DNA of 64,000 nt from an uncultured Planctomycetaceae bacterium (GCA_963813715.1 CAWFAK010000017.1:896001-960000); one strand, 5' to 3'. Positions 1 to 9,954 are shown, counted from the stretch's first letter. Translations and numbers: made by a program. The notes: generated from the sequence alone by a model not told the origin.

Positions 1-209
1 CATGTCAACAGGCCACCGCAGAAAAATGCGCAGCTGCCAAAGAAGTGCCAAGCGAGCCGAGCAGAGATACGAGAAACTCACGGTCCGCCATTCGTCCCAC
101 CGCGGCGAGTCTTGGTGGAATTCCCGTCCAACGAATCGCAACTCAAGAGAAGAAGGAGTCGCCCCCGGCTGACGCCGGAGACTCGGAGTCACGCAGAGCA
201 CGCCAAAGT

Positions 210-247
210 CACGCAGCCCGGCGAGCGTCGGGCGTCAGCCCGATGGT
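210..247. repeat. Short palindromic REP-like element (GAGCGTCGGGCGTCAGCCCGATGG)
   Basis: Intergenic hairpin TCGGGC-GTCA-GCCCGA. Resembles planctomycete extragenic palindromes from recall; not verified. Confidence 0.35.
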
Positions 248-368
248 GCTTTCCCGCGATCCGAGCGAATTTCCGGAGGAGCCGCACAGGCAGTAAGTGG
301 TGCCTTTCGCTTTCAGACGCCTGTAGCCTTCATCCGAATGCATCGCCGGCGTCACGGAATCTCCGCAA

Positions 369-683
369 TCACTCCTCCGAAGGAGGCGGCCCTGCAGGCT
401 TCGGCTTCTCAGCCGGCCGAATCAGTCCCTTTTGCAGATCGTTGATGACCTCGACCAGAATGTCGGGCCGGGCCGTCTTGAGGACGTGCTCGATGCGTGA
501 CTTCGGCACGTTGAGCCGCTCCATGATTTCGCCGGCTTGCTTCCACAGCCGATCTTTCTTCTTCCCCTCGGCCAGATACAGATCGCTGGCAATTTCACTC
601 AACCGCTGCGAGTCGATCCCCTCGCGATTGTCGTAAAACCGCTTGATGATTTTCTTCTGGTGGTTGCTGTAATCCCGTGGCAT
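369..683 (-). CDS. Small conserved hypothetical protein (planctomycete type, MPRDYSNHQKKIIKRFYDNRE...)
   Basis: Clean ORF with ATG at 683, normal codon usage and helical charged composition. Confidence 0.7.
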   Translation of the reverse strand: MPRDYSNHQKKIIKRFYDNREGIDSQRLSEIASDLYLAEGKKKDRLWKQAGEIMERLNVPKSRIEHVLKTARPDILVEVINDLQKGLIRPAEKPKPAGPPPSEE

Positions 684-737
684 TACATAGTGCCTCGTGG
701 TCCGCGGACCGGCAGTGCGCAATAGAATCCCGGTGAA

Positions 738-1450
738 TCAAGCTTGACCGAACGTTCCTTCATCCATCCGCGCCCGGAGATCCAAATCCTGCATGATCAT
801 CTCCCCGAAGGTGAAGGCCCGCTTAAGCGCGTCGATCAGGTTGTCCCCGTCGTCAGTCGACCAACCCAGTTCGTGATTAAAGGTCGGAAGATTGAAGGTG
901 ATCGCAAACCGATTCACGTAGTCAGCGACACAATGCAGGGCATCGTCGATCATTGGGACGGCGACACAAAATCGCAGGGTTCAAGGCCGTCATTGGCTTG
1001 AACGACGCCCGCAGCACGTTTAGGTCAAGGTGCGATATACGCTTGTTTCGGTGTCGACGCATCTCTTCACACTTGTCGATCGCCCTAAGATACCGATATT
1101 CCAGATCTCGTACCGTCTCCGAACAGCAGCAGCCATGCTGCAACACAATCTTTCGAATCTGCCCGATCACGACGTTTTCTTCGAGCACGCCTTTAACCTT
1201 CTGTTCCGTCTTCTCAGTTACTCGGCAAAGCTGCAAGAAGACGGAGTCAGACAGCATTTCACGGAGTTCCAAAAAGAACAATGGAGCAAAGCTGTGTCAT
1301 GAGCCCGTAACGGGCTTCATGCCTTTCGCGGTGCTCGCCATCGAAGACAAAGATCTGCTTAAAGCAAGACCAACGATAGTGCGCCTGCGAGATCTCTTCC
1401 TGAAGGCGATCAAAGACCTCTTGCTGTTCCGCTGACAGCGATGGGATCAT
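738..1450 (-). CDS. HEPN domain protein, AbiU2-like (putative RNase), split by two frameshifts
   Basis: Three consecutive minus-strand ORF pieces (1259-1450, 922-1281, 738-953) join into ~235 aa with APLFF-like and RNKRISH (RxxxxH HEPN) motifs. AGAGGGG Shine-Dalgarno precedes the start; visibly more AT-rich than flanks. Confidence 0.65.
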
Positions 1451-1480
1451 CACTTTCGATGCCCCTCTTTGGTGCGCAAC

Positions 1481-1503
1481 AAAAAAGGCCGGCGAACCGG
1501 CCT
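1481..1503 (-). terminator. Rho-independent terminator downstream of tRNA-Glu
   Basis: Minus strand AGGCCGG-TTCG-CCGGCCT followed by a T run. Confidence 0.8.
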
Positions 1504-1551
1504 GAGTGCTCATCGACGGCGCTCGCAGGAAGAGCACCACTAGCCAAAAAG

Positions 1552-1624
1552 TACCCCCAGAGGGATTTGAACCCTCGTCACGGGACTGAGAACCCCGGAT
1601 CCTGGGCCGCTAGACGATGGGGGC
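1552..1624 (-). tRNA. tRNA-Glu (anticodon CTC), CCA not encoded
   Basis: Minus strand GCCCCCATCGTCTAGCGGCCCAGGATCCGGGGTTCTCAGTCCCGTGACGAGGGTTCAAATCCCTCTGGGGGTA folds as a cloverleaf; anticodon loop TTCTCAG; T-loop GGTTCAAATCC. Confidence 0.95.
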
Positions 1625-1867
1625 CTGCATGGTTCTTACAGCGCGGCCGAAAGAGTGTCAACGGATCGCGCGGCCCGTCGCCAGGGGCGGGCGAATTTTG
1701 CGCCAAAAGGGGTGATTCGGGCGGCAGGAGCGGTGTTGGAATGACTCGCGGCTATCACTTTTCCCAAAGCCGACAGCTCCGCTGTCGTCCCGGAACCGAG
1801 TGCTGAGCCGTAGACGACTTCGCCCCTCTCGGACTTGGAGGGATCCTCTGCGCAACGTTCGAGCCTA

Positions 1868-2365
1868 TCAGGCTGGCTCGTTTGCTTTATCGTGATCCGC
1901 CGAGCGCCTGTCGGACGACCGCCATGCCGCGAGCGTGAGCCCCAAGAGAGCCACGCAGAGCAGCCATTGGATCGTGCTCGTGGTGATGTAGGCTTCGTGT
2001 AGCTGAAGAAAGCTTTGCTCGTCGAGGATGGTGTGGCCGGCTGAGTCGAGGCCGCGGTCCATGACGAGATGCAGGCCGATCAGGACGCCGAGGCCGATTG
2101 CGATCCCGGCCCAGAACCCCCAGCAGAGCCGCCCCAGGCGCGACGACAGTCGGGTGTCACATGCCAGGGCGACGCCCCACACCGTCACGCAAACGGCGCC
2201 GGCCACATTCAGATAATTCGTGACCGACTGCGTGATAAAGCCCTGCTCCGTTTCAGACCCCAAAACGGAGGCTCCCACCGTCACGACGACTCCGCCGTAA
2301 AACATGAAGCCGCCCTGCCAGAAGGCCAGGCACAGCAACAGTACAAATCGGCGAAACAGCGTCAT
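1868..2365 (-). CDS. Four-TM membrane protein (DUF4149-like)
   Basis: 165 aa with four hydrophobic segments; FWQGGFMFYGGVVV and QGFITQSVTNYLN motifs. Confidence 0.7.
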   Translation of the reverse strand: MTLFRRFVLLLCLAFWQGGFMFYGGVVVTVGASVLGSETEQGFITQSVTNYLNVAGAVCVTVWGVALACDTRLSSRLGRLCWGFWAGIAIGLGVLIGLHLVMDRGLDSAGHTILDEQSFLQLHEAYITTSTIQWLLCVALLGLTLAAWRSSDRRSADHDKANEPA

Positions 2366-2565
2366 CCGCGCACGTCCCTGAAAGTCGGCCGTCCTTTCTT
2401 AGCCCTCCTGGAGGCGGGAGACAATGGCCCGCGGCCGCACGAATGGTTTCGACTTTGTTTATGAGCGCGTAGAAACCCGGTCTCCGCGGTCGAGATTTCT
2501 TGCGGTAGGATCGAGTTTGGCCCCTGGGCAAAAGCCGGTCGGCGTGCGCGCTTGGTCCGCCGGGC

Positions 2566-2750
2566 GGGACGGGACTGGTTGGGACGGGATGGTTGGGACG
2601 GGATGGTTGGGACGGGACGGTTGGGACGGGACTGGTTGGACGGGACTGGTTGGGACGGGATCGGTTGGGACGGGATCGGTTGGGACGGGATCGGTTGGGA
2701 CGGGATCGGTTGGGACGGGATCGGTTGGACGGGACTCGAACGGGACGGGC
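2566..2750 (+). repeat. Minisatellite, ~12 units of 14-15 bp GGGACGGGA(CT/T/C/TC)GGTT
   Basis: Directly visible tandem repeat; five consecutive identical GGGACGGGATCGGTT units. Confidence 0.95.
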
Positions 2751-2801
2751 GCGAGGATGGCCATGTCACGCCCAGATCAGGATTCCGGCGGGGATCCTTG
2801 G

Positions 2802-2843
2802 ATCCCAGGCCTGCGCTATGCTCCGACCTGGGCTATAGGATCT
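2802..2843 (+). repeat. Dispersed hairpin (REP-like) element, copy A
   Basis: 38/42 identical to 39765-39806 and homologous to the inverted copy at 39374-39408. Confidence 0.85.
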
Positions 2844-2866
2844 GGCCTTTTTAGGACTTAGGTCGC

Positions 2867-3132
2867 CAGACATCGGGACGGGACTGGGACATCGGGACGG
2901 GACTGGGACATCGGGACGGGACTGGGACATCGGGACGGGACTGGGACACCGGGACGGGACTGGGACACCGGGACGGGACTGGGACACCGGGACGGGACTG
3001 GGACACCGGGACGGGATTGGGACACCGGGACGGGACTGGGACACCGGGACGGGACTGGGACACCGGGACGGGACTGGGACACCGGGACGGGACTGGGACA
3101 CCGGGACGGGACTGGGACACCGGGACGGGATT
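2867..3132 (+). repeat. Minisatellite, ~14 units of 19 bp GGGACA(T/C)CGGGACGGGA(C/T)T
   Basis: Directly visible tandem repeat; the first four units carry ATC, the rest ACC. Confidence 0.95.
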
Positions 3133-3627
3133 GGAATGGGTCGTAGGGTGTGGAGGGCCGAGTCGAGGATTCGTCGCAGTTGAATTGTCGACCCACCCGA
3201 TTGGGGATTGTCTCGCCCCTTTAGGGGCTGCAGATCTCGGGACGCGCTCCCAATCACCGAACGGGACCCGAATATCGGGACGGGACCCGGACGGCAGGCG
3301 AACTCGCACGGGACCTCGAAGCCGCACAGGCACGAAGCCCCGGCGAACCGGAAAACGCCGGCAAGTGCGCTGGCGGCGGAGCGTCGTCTGCGGCCGTTCG
3401 CGGAGCGTCAGCGGCACCGGGTGCAGAGGGGTTGCCCCTGCGGCCGCTGCCGTTGTGTGGGCCGTAAGTTCTGTTATAGTTCTCTGTTCCGGCGAGGTGT
3501 TTTGGGTGGGGCGGAGAGGATCCTGCGCCGACGTCTCGCGTCCTTTCTCTTTTGTTGGGTTGATCGTCGTGCTCTAGTGCGGCACATGGCCGCGGGGTGC
3601 GTCGATGGAAATGGACTTTTTGCGTTT

Positions 3628-5441
3628 ATGGTCGATCGAAACCTCATTCGCGAATTCAACGTCAACGAAGCTGATCTCGAAAATGCCCTGGGCGGGTCAC
3701 TGACTGACTGGCACCAGGACGACGCCAAGATGGACGTCCTCTACGACGAGCGTGCCAGCTCGTTCGATGTCAATAAAACTGTCTCCGGCACCATCATTCG
3801 CATCGACGGCGAAGATGTGCTCGTCGACATTGGCTACAAGAGCGAAGGAATTGTGCCGCTCGAAGAATGGGCCGATGCCGCCGAACCGCCGAAGCCGGGT
3901 GAAAAAGTCGACGTGTTGTTGGAGGAGGTCGAGGACGACTTTGGCCTGATCCTGCTCTCGAAGCGCAAAGCCGACCGGATGCGCGAGTGGGAGAAGGTGA
4001 TCAAGAGCCACAAGGAAGGGGACGTCGTCAAAGGCAAGGTCGTCCGCAAGATCAAGGGCGGCCTGCTCGTGAACATCGGCGTCAACGTCTTCTTGCCGGC
4101 CAGCCAGGTCGACATCCGCCGGCCGCCCGATATCGGCATGTACATCGATCGCGAGATCGAGTGCGTGATTTTGAAGATCGACGAGCAGCGGCGGAACATC
4201 GTCGTCTCGCGGCGGAAGCTGATCGAAGACAAGCGCGAGAAGATGAAGCAGGCGCTGTTGTCGGAGATCGCTCCGGGACAGCTCCGCAAAGGCACGGTCA
4301 AGAACATTGCCGACTTCGGCGCGTTCGTGGACCTGGGCGGCATCGACGGCCTCTTGCACATCACTGACATGAGCTGGGGCCGCATCAGCCATCCGTCGGA
4401 GATGGTGAAGATCGACGACGAGATCGAGGTGGCGATCCTCAACGTCGATCGCGACCGCGAGAAGATCGCGCTGGGCCTCAAGCAGAAGTTCCCCAGCCCT
4501 TGGGAATTGGTCAACGACAAGTACCCCGTCGGCACGAAGGTGAAGGGGGAAGTCGTCAACGTAATGTCGTACGGAGCGTTCGTGAAGCTCGAGGACGGCA
4601 TCGAGGGGCTCGTGCACATCAGCGAGATGTCGTGGACGAAGCGGATCAATCACCCGAGCGAACTCGTCAACATTGGCGACGAGGTCGAGGTGGTGGTGCT
4701 CGGAATCAACCAGGACAAGCAGGAAATCTCGCTGGGCATGAAGCAGACCCAGCCCAATCCCTGGGAAAAGGTCGCCGAGAAGTATCCGCCCGGCAGCAAG
4801 GTCCAGGGCACCGTCCGCAATCTCACGAACTACGGTGCGTTTATCGAGCTGGAAGAGGGCGTGGACGGGCTGCTTGCACGTCAGCGACATGTCGTGGACG
4901 CGGAAGATTTCGCACGCCAACGAAATGCTCAAGCGCGGCGACGTCGTCGAGTGCCAGGTGATCTCGGTCGACGAGGACCGCAAGCGGATCGCGCTCGGTC
5001 TCAAGCAACTTGCAGGCGACCCGTGGGAGACGACGATCCCCGAGAAATTCCAGCCGGGAACGGTGGTCACAGGCAAGGTCACGAAGATCACGAACTTCGG
5101 CGTCTTCGTCGAACTTGAGCCGGAGCTGGAGGGACTGCTGCACATTTCGGAATTGGCCGACCACAAGGTCGACAATCCGGAAGAGATCGTCAAAGTCGGT
5201 CAGGAGATCGAAGTCCGCGTGCTGCGTGTAGACAGTGCGGAGCGCAAGATCGGTCTCAGCCGTCGTGTGCCCGGCAGCCGAAGGCGAGGCCCCGGCCGGC
5301 GGCGGCGACGAGGCGGCGCGAGGCACCGCGGTCCCGCGCGAGGAACTCAAAGGTGGAACGGGAAGTGGCTCGGCCGGCCCGCTGTTCACAATGGGCGGCG
5401 GCCCGGCGGACGGCGATTCGGAGGAATCCTCAGCGCCCTAA
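3628..5441 (+). CDS. rpsA: 30S ribosomal protein S1 (two apparent sequencing frameshifts, ~4874 and ~5271)
   Basis: Six S1 repeats (VDIGYKSEG, FLPASQVD, FGAFVDLGGIDGLLHITDMSW, YGAFVKLEDGIEGLVHISEMSW, etc.) across ORFs 3208-5118, 4835-5566 and 5235-5441. Confidence 0.95.
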
Positions 5442-5510
5442 CCAAGGGCGCCCGAACGATCGCGCGAAACTGCGGCGATCGGAGAATTGAAAAAATCGCG
5501 CGAAACTTTG

Positions 5511-5546
5511 CGGCCCTCCGGTGCTCTCCGGAGGGCCGTTATTATT
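5511..5546 (+). terminator. Probable rpsA terminator hairpin
   Basis: Perfect 11-bp stem CGGCCCTCCGG-TGCTCT-CCGGAGGGCCG followed by TTATTATT. Confidence 0.65.
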
Positions 5547-5833
5547 GCGCAGTTTGCCCCCTTTGAAGGTGGAATCTGTAGCGCCCGATCCTCTTCCGGT
5601 AGAGGATTTCACCTCAGCCCACCGATAAATCACTTCGGGCAATCGAGCCTCTCTTCGACTCACCAAGTCCCGCCGACCGGATCCCGACCGCACCGGGCGC
5701 GCCCCCGGCGGTCGGATCCCGTCGACGCCTTGACCGTTTCCTGATTGGGTGCCCTCCCGTTTTGGGCCGAGCCACCGCACGACTTACGCAACCCCGCAAC
5801 CCGCGGCCACCCGACAGCCATCGCAGGAACCCT

Positions 5834-6680
5834 ATGCAAAAAGTCACCCGTCGCCGTACCACTACCGCCGTCCAGTCGCCGCTGGAAACCTACCTGCGCG
5901 AGATCAACGAGACGGCTCTGTTGACCGCGAACGAGGAAAAGGAACTCTCCTACAGCATCGAGCAGGGAAACAAGGAGGCGCGCGACCGGATGGTCCGCGC
6001 GAACTTGCGGCTGGTCGTGAATATCGCCCGGGCGTACACCGGCAAGGGGCTGCCCCTGCAGGACTTGATCGAAGAGGGCAATCTCGGCTTGCTGCGGGCG
6101 GTCGAGGGTTTCGACCCAACGATGAATACCCGCTTCAGCACCTACGCCAGCTACTGGATCAAGCAGTCGATCAAGCGGGCCCTCGTCAACTCGGCGAAGA
6201 CGATTCGCATTCCCGCGTATATGGTCGAGCTGTTGTCCAAATGGCGGCGGGCGACGGCCAAGCTGGCCGACCAGTTCGGCCGCACGCCGACGCTGGAAGA
6301 GGTGGCCCTGGAACTGGGGCTGCCGAAGAAGAAGCTGCGGATCGTCAAGAAGGCGATCCAGCTTTATAACTCCGCTCCGCAGACCGACCAGGCCGAGTCG
6401 GGGTGGTCGCTGGGCGAGATGATCGCCGACGAGCGGACCAAGGCGCCGGAAGACGAGTTAGTCGACAGCGACAACCTGATCCACGTCTTCGGCATGCTCG
6501 AGAAGATGGAGTCTCGCGAGGCGATCATCCTGCGGATGCGGTTCGGACTTGATGATTCGGAACCGAAAACGCTTAAGGAGATCGGCGAGACTCTCGGGTC
6601 TCACCCGCGAGCGCGTCCGCCAGATCGAAAGCGACGCTCTCGATAAATTGGCCCGTGGACTGCTGGGTGAGACGGCCTAG
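5834..6680 (+). CDS. RNA polymerase sigma70-family factor (RpoD/RpoS-like, no region 1.1), frameshift near 6597
   Basis: YLREI, ANLRLVVNIA, DLIEEGNLGLLRAVEGFD, RFSTYASYWIKQSI and TLKEIG; the continuation GLTRERVRQIE lies in the next frame, ending TAG at 6680. Confidence 0.92.
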
Positions 6681-6767
6681 AATTGATTCCCGTCGCGGGG
6701 ACGGCGGAAGCGGTTGGTGAAAGCGGTGCCCCTTTGAGCGGCAGGAAGGGGCCTGCTTTCGGGGGAG

Positions 6768-7466
6768 TTAACGGTTGCCGATCTCGGCCTCGGCGGTATT
6801 GAGGTACGTGTTCAAACGCCGGTCAAATTCGTCGCGTTCTTTGGTGCGGGGGCCGAGGGTCCGCGGAGTCAGGTCGCGGGCCGCCCAGAGAAGCTGCTGC
6901 TTCGCGGGTTCCGAGGCGTTCGCCGATTTCTGGAGATCGCGGACGATCGGATCCAGGGCAGTGCGCGTTCGCTGAGCGAGAGCGCGCCATTCGGCCTCGG
7001 TGGCCGACTTCTCCCGCAGTTCCTGGACCTCGCCGCTGATTGCTCGCAGCGCTTGCAAGTAGCTCCGCTCGCGGGAGTAGGGGTCCTGAAACCAGAAGAG
7101 AAAGAGCCCGTTCAACAACAGCCAGACAGCCAGGCCAGTACACAAATCCCAATTCGAGCGGAGCAGTCGGCCCAGACCACCCTTCCCCGTAGACAGCGGG
7201 GGCTGCGGCGCCGCGGCTGAGCGTGCCGGGAAATCGCCACCCCAATTCTGTTGCGACATCGGAAACGACGCAGGAGCGACGCTCGCGGTCCGGAACGGTC
7301 GCCACGGACCGTCGGTCCCCTGTCGCACGCGAACCTGGAGAGCCGTTTCGCCGGAACCGTTGAGCAGCTCTTCCAGGTCGGCACGAGTGAGCGGGCCGTG
7401 GACTCGGCCGTCGAGCTGGTAAAACCATTCCTCGCCGGGAGGAATTGGTGCGTCATTCGGATACAC
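6768..7466 (-). CDS. GYF_2 (DUF4339) domain membrane protein; start uncertain
   Basis: EWFYQLDGRVHGPLT...LEELL and VRQGTDGPW motifs, then one TM segment and a helical C-terminal domain. Confidence 0.7.
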   Translation of the reverse strand: MYPNDAPIPPGEEWFYQLDGRVHGPLTRADLEELLNGSGETALQVRVRQGTDGPWRPFRTASVAPASFPMSQQNWGGDFPARSAAAPQPPLSTGKGGLGRLLRSNWDLCTGLAVWLLLNGLFLFWFQDPYSRERSYLQALRAISGEVQELREKSATEAEWRALAQRTRTALDPIVRDLQKSANASEPAKQQLLWAARDLTPRTLGPRTKERDEFDRRLNTYLNTAEAEIGNR

Positions 7467-7483
7467 GTCGATCGCCAAATGCG

Positions 7484-7843
7484 TTAAGCGCCAAATGGAA
7501 GCTCGAAGTGCTGCGAGTTGTCCTTCGAGTAGAGGCGCTGCCAAATCTGCGGATCGATATTCTCACTAAGAAATTGGGCCGAGCCATCACGCAGCTCTCC
7601 TGGGCCGCCGTTCCAGACGACGGCGGGCCGGAAGCAGGAATGGGCGTCGTGATAGTTGTGCAGCGCAGCTCCCAATTGTCGCAGGTTATTGGGACACTGC
7701 GTCGCACGGGAGACCTCGCGTGCCGCCTGCACGGCCGGCAAGAGCAAGGCCGCCAACAGACCGATGATGCCGATCACCACGACCAGCTCGATCATCGTGA
7801 AGCCGCGTTTGGGTTCGGCCAAGCTCACCGCCTCCGTGGCCAA
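7484..7843 (-). CDS. Internally deleted DUF1559 / prepilin-type N-terminal cleavage-methylation protein
   Basis: [31 protein letters not shown]...[17 protein letters not shown] joined directly to the C-terminal [12 protein letters not shown] motif; only ~119 aa. Confidence 0.75.
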   Translation of the reverse strand: MATEAVSLAEPKRGFTMIELVVVIGIIGLLAALLLPAVQAAREVSRATQCPNNLRQLGAALHNYHDAHSCFRPAVVWNGGPGELRDGSAQFLSENIDPQIWQRLYSKDNSQHFELPFGA

Positions 7844-8158
7844 TCAAATTCCTGGCCAACCAAATTCAGCACGGCGAAGAATGAGCGCGGGAGCGCTCAA
7901 GATGCACTCCCGCGCACGAGGCTGTTGCCGATACATCGGAACAGCTCCGGAGATGGTATCGCGACCGTACGCCGCGCCCGAATGAATTGCAAGCGCGATC
8001 GTCGAATTCGGCCGAGCGAGCATCAAGCTGCAGACGCCGGCAAAGTTTGGGCCTCTTTCGCATCCACCCGCAGCGCCCGCCCGTACTTGCAACGTTCGCG
8101 GGCGCAAGCGAAGATCGGCCGCGACCGACTCGCCACGCAACATCCAGGAGAAGCGACC

Positions 8159-8758
8159 ATGTCGAATCCGGCGGAAACTCAGGTGCCCGTGCACGAGTTG
8201 ATCCGCGAGCGGTGGAGCCCGATCGCCTTTTCGGACCGCCGCCTCGAGCGCGAGCAGATCGTCAGCCTGCTGGAAGCGGCCCGCTGGGCTCCTTCCTCTT
8301 TTAACGGTCAACCCTGGTCATATCTGATCGCGACCAAGGACGAGCCGGCGGAATTTGAACGACTCGCGAGCTGCCTGGTCGAGGGAAATTCCTGGGCCAA
8401 GCAGGCTCCGTTGCTGCTGCTGGCAATCGCCGCGACGAATTTCACGCACAACGGCAAGCCGAACAATCACGCGTTTCACGACGTCGGGCTAGCGAACGAG
8501 AATTTGGTGCTGCAAGCCACGTCGCTGGGACTCTTCGTGCACCAGATGGCCGGCTTCCTGCCGGACAAGGCCCGCGAGTTGTTCGCGATTCCCGAAGATC
8601 AGGTGCCGCTCACGATGATCGCCGTCGGCTACCACGGTCAGGCGGGCGACCTGAGCGAAGCGCTGCAGAAGCGCGAGCAGGCAGCCCGGTCACGCAAGCC
8701 CCTCAAGGAACTTGTCTTCACGGGCAGGTGGGGGCAGATCTCGCTGCTCGTCAAATGA
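8159..8758 (+). CDS. Nitroreductase family protein
   Basis: ERWSPIAF, EAARWAPSSFNGQPW, HQMAGF and RSRKPL motifs; AGGAG SD. Confidence 0.9.
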   Translation: MSNPAETQVPVHELIRERWSPIAFSDRRLEREQIVSLLEAARWAPSSFNGQPWSYLIATKDEPAEFERLASCLVEGNSWAKQAPLLLLAIAATNFTHNGKPNNHAFHDVGLANENLVLQATSLGLFVHQMAGFLPDKARELFAIPEDQVPLTMIAVGYHGQAGDLSEALQKREQAARSRKPLKELVFTGRWGQISLLVK

Positions 8759-8899
8759 GCGCCGTGCAGCCCACGAAATCGGCGGGGCGTAAAAGGCGAA
8801 CGGGGCGAGCGTTTCGGCGGAGCGCTGTTGCGACGGTAGTACCGTCGGACAGCTCGCTCGGCCGAAGCGTCGCCCCTGCCGGATCCGAACAAGCGTCGT

Positions 8900-9073
8900 T
8901 TAAGTGAGCGCTTGCTGGACCTGATTGAACTTCGCGTTCGCGTTGGTGCCGACTGCCTGGATGGCACCCAAGCAAACCACAACGATCAAGGCGAGCATCA
9001 CGGCGTACTCGACCGCGGTGGGGCCGTCTTCGGAAACCAGGAACTGTTTCACGAGCACTTTGAAGTTTTTCAT
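8900..9073 (-). CDS. flp: Flp family type IVb pilin
   Basis: 57 aa with EDGPTAVEYAVMLALIVVVCL (G|xxxxEY Flp motif); GAGAGG SD. Confidence 0.92.
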   Translation of the reverse strand: MKNFKVLVKQFLVSEDGPTAVEYAVMLALIVVVCLGAIQAVGTNANAKFNQVQQALT

Positions 9074-9387
9074 GGTGGTCCTCTCGCTTTCTGGTGACGG
9101 GTTGGCCCTGGCGGACTTCCAAGGCCGAACACCCAAACATTTGCTGCATCGATCGATGACAAATGTCCGGGACATGACGCTAAAACAAACATAGGTCGCC
9201 GTGGCGGACAGAAACGATCCATTTATGAAAACTCCGTCATGCGGAGCCGCGGCAACAGGCGATGTTGACTTCCGGCAACGGCGCACGCGCGTCCTGTCTG
9301 CCTCCGTTCCCGATCTCAAGAAACCCGTTTTTCTGCGAGAAAATCAGCTAAATCGGGTACGCAGAAATGTTTGGTGAAGGCCGTGTG

Positions 9388-9867
9388 TCAGTGCTTCGGC
9401 ACATCCACGGTGACTCCGTAGCGTGCGGCCGCGGTGGGTAGTTGTGCGAGCTCTTCCGGGGTAGGAGGTGACGCCGTCGTCGCGCCGGGAGAAACGGGGC
9501 GGCCAATCTCCACGAACATCTCTTCGAGGCCAGCCGGCGCCAGCGTGATCAGCATCTTCGCTGGTTCGTCGGTCGCATTAGCGAATGAATGGAGGCTGCC
9601 GACGGGCAGGTTGACAAAATCACCGGCCCGCGCAGCGAACCGCTCTCCGTCGACGGTGATCTGCAGTTCTCCTTGCAAGACGTAAAAGCCCTCCTCTTCC
9701 CGACTGTGTTTGTGCGGCGGCGGTCCGCCTCCGGGGGGCACGATGGCCTCAATGAGGGCGTACTTGCCGTCGGTTTCGTCGCCGGTGGCCAGCAGGTGAT
9801 ATACGTCCCCCACGACCGCAATCGTGCGTGCTTCGCCGATTTTGCTTCTGACCGGTTTGCGAGTCAT
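9388..9867 (-). CDS. Cupin domain protein (quercetin dioxygenase QdoI-like)
   Basis: GGGPPPHKHSREEEGFYVLQG and PVGSLHSF cupin motifs. Confidence 0.85.
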   Translation of the reverse strand: MTRKPVRSKIGEARTIAVVGDVYHLLATGDETDGKYALIEAIVPPGGGPPPHKHSREEEGFYVLQGELQITVDGERFAARAGDFVNLPVGSLHSFANATDEPAKMLITLAPAGLEEMFVEIGRPVSPGATTASPPTPEELAQLPTAAARYGVTVDVPKH

Positions 9868-9954
9868 GCGGAACGGCCCTCGTGAGGGTTTGCCGGAGCA
9901 ACGTCTGGGCGTGCATGAGCGTAGCGGATTCGAGGCTCCGATCGAAGAGATGCC

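Noticed and set aside
1552..1624. Integrated element with attL/attR at tRNA-Glu
   Set aside because: No integrase and no duplicate of the tRNA 3-prime end found by eye in this window.
2566..3132. CRISPR array
   Set aside because: Units are contiguous 14-19-bp repeats with no unique spacers, and there are no cas genes.
2362..3577. Repetitive ORFs (PSQPI, VPTDP, SRCPSPVPVSQ, GTGTPGRDWD)
   Set aside because: They are open in several frames only because the repeats lack stops. Unit lengths of 14 and 19 are not multiples of three, and no convincing SD is present.
3208..3627. N-terminal extension of rpsA
   Set aside because: Arg-rich non-homologous translation; S1 similarity starts at MVDRNLIREF (3628).
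3697..5193. Long antisense ORFs (also 15666-17219, 23570-24685, 40892-42127)
   Set aside because: Typical high-GC shadow frames opposite well-supported genes.
4860..6610. Programmed frameshifting in rpsA or the sigma factor
   Set aside because: No slippery heptamers at the sites, and similar indels occur throughout the window.
7445..8158. 437-aa fusion upstream of the nitroreductase
   Set aside because: The upstream part is the antisense shadow of the DUF1559 gene; the real start with SD is at 8159.
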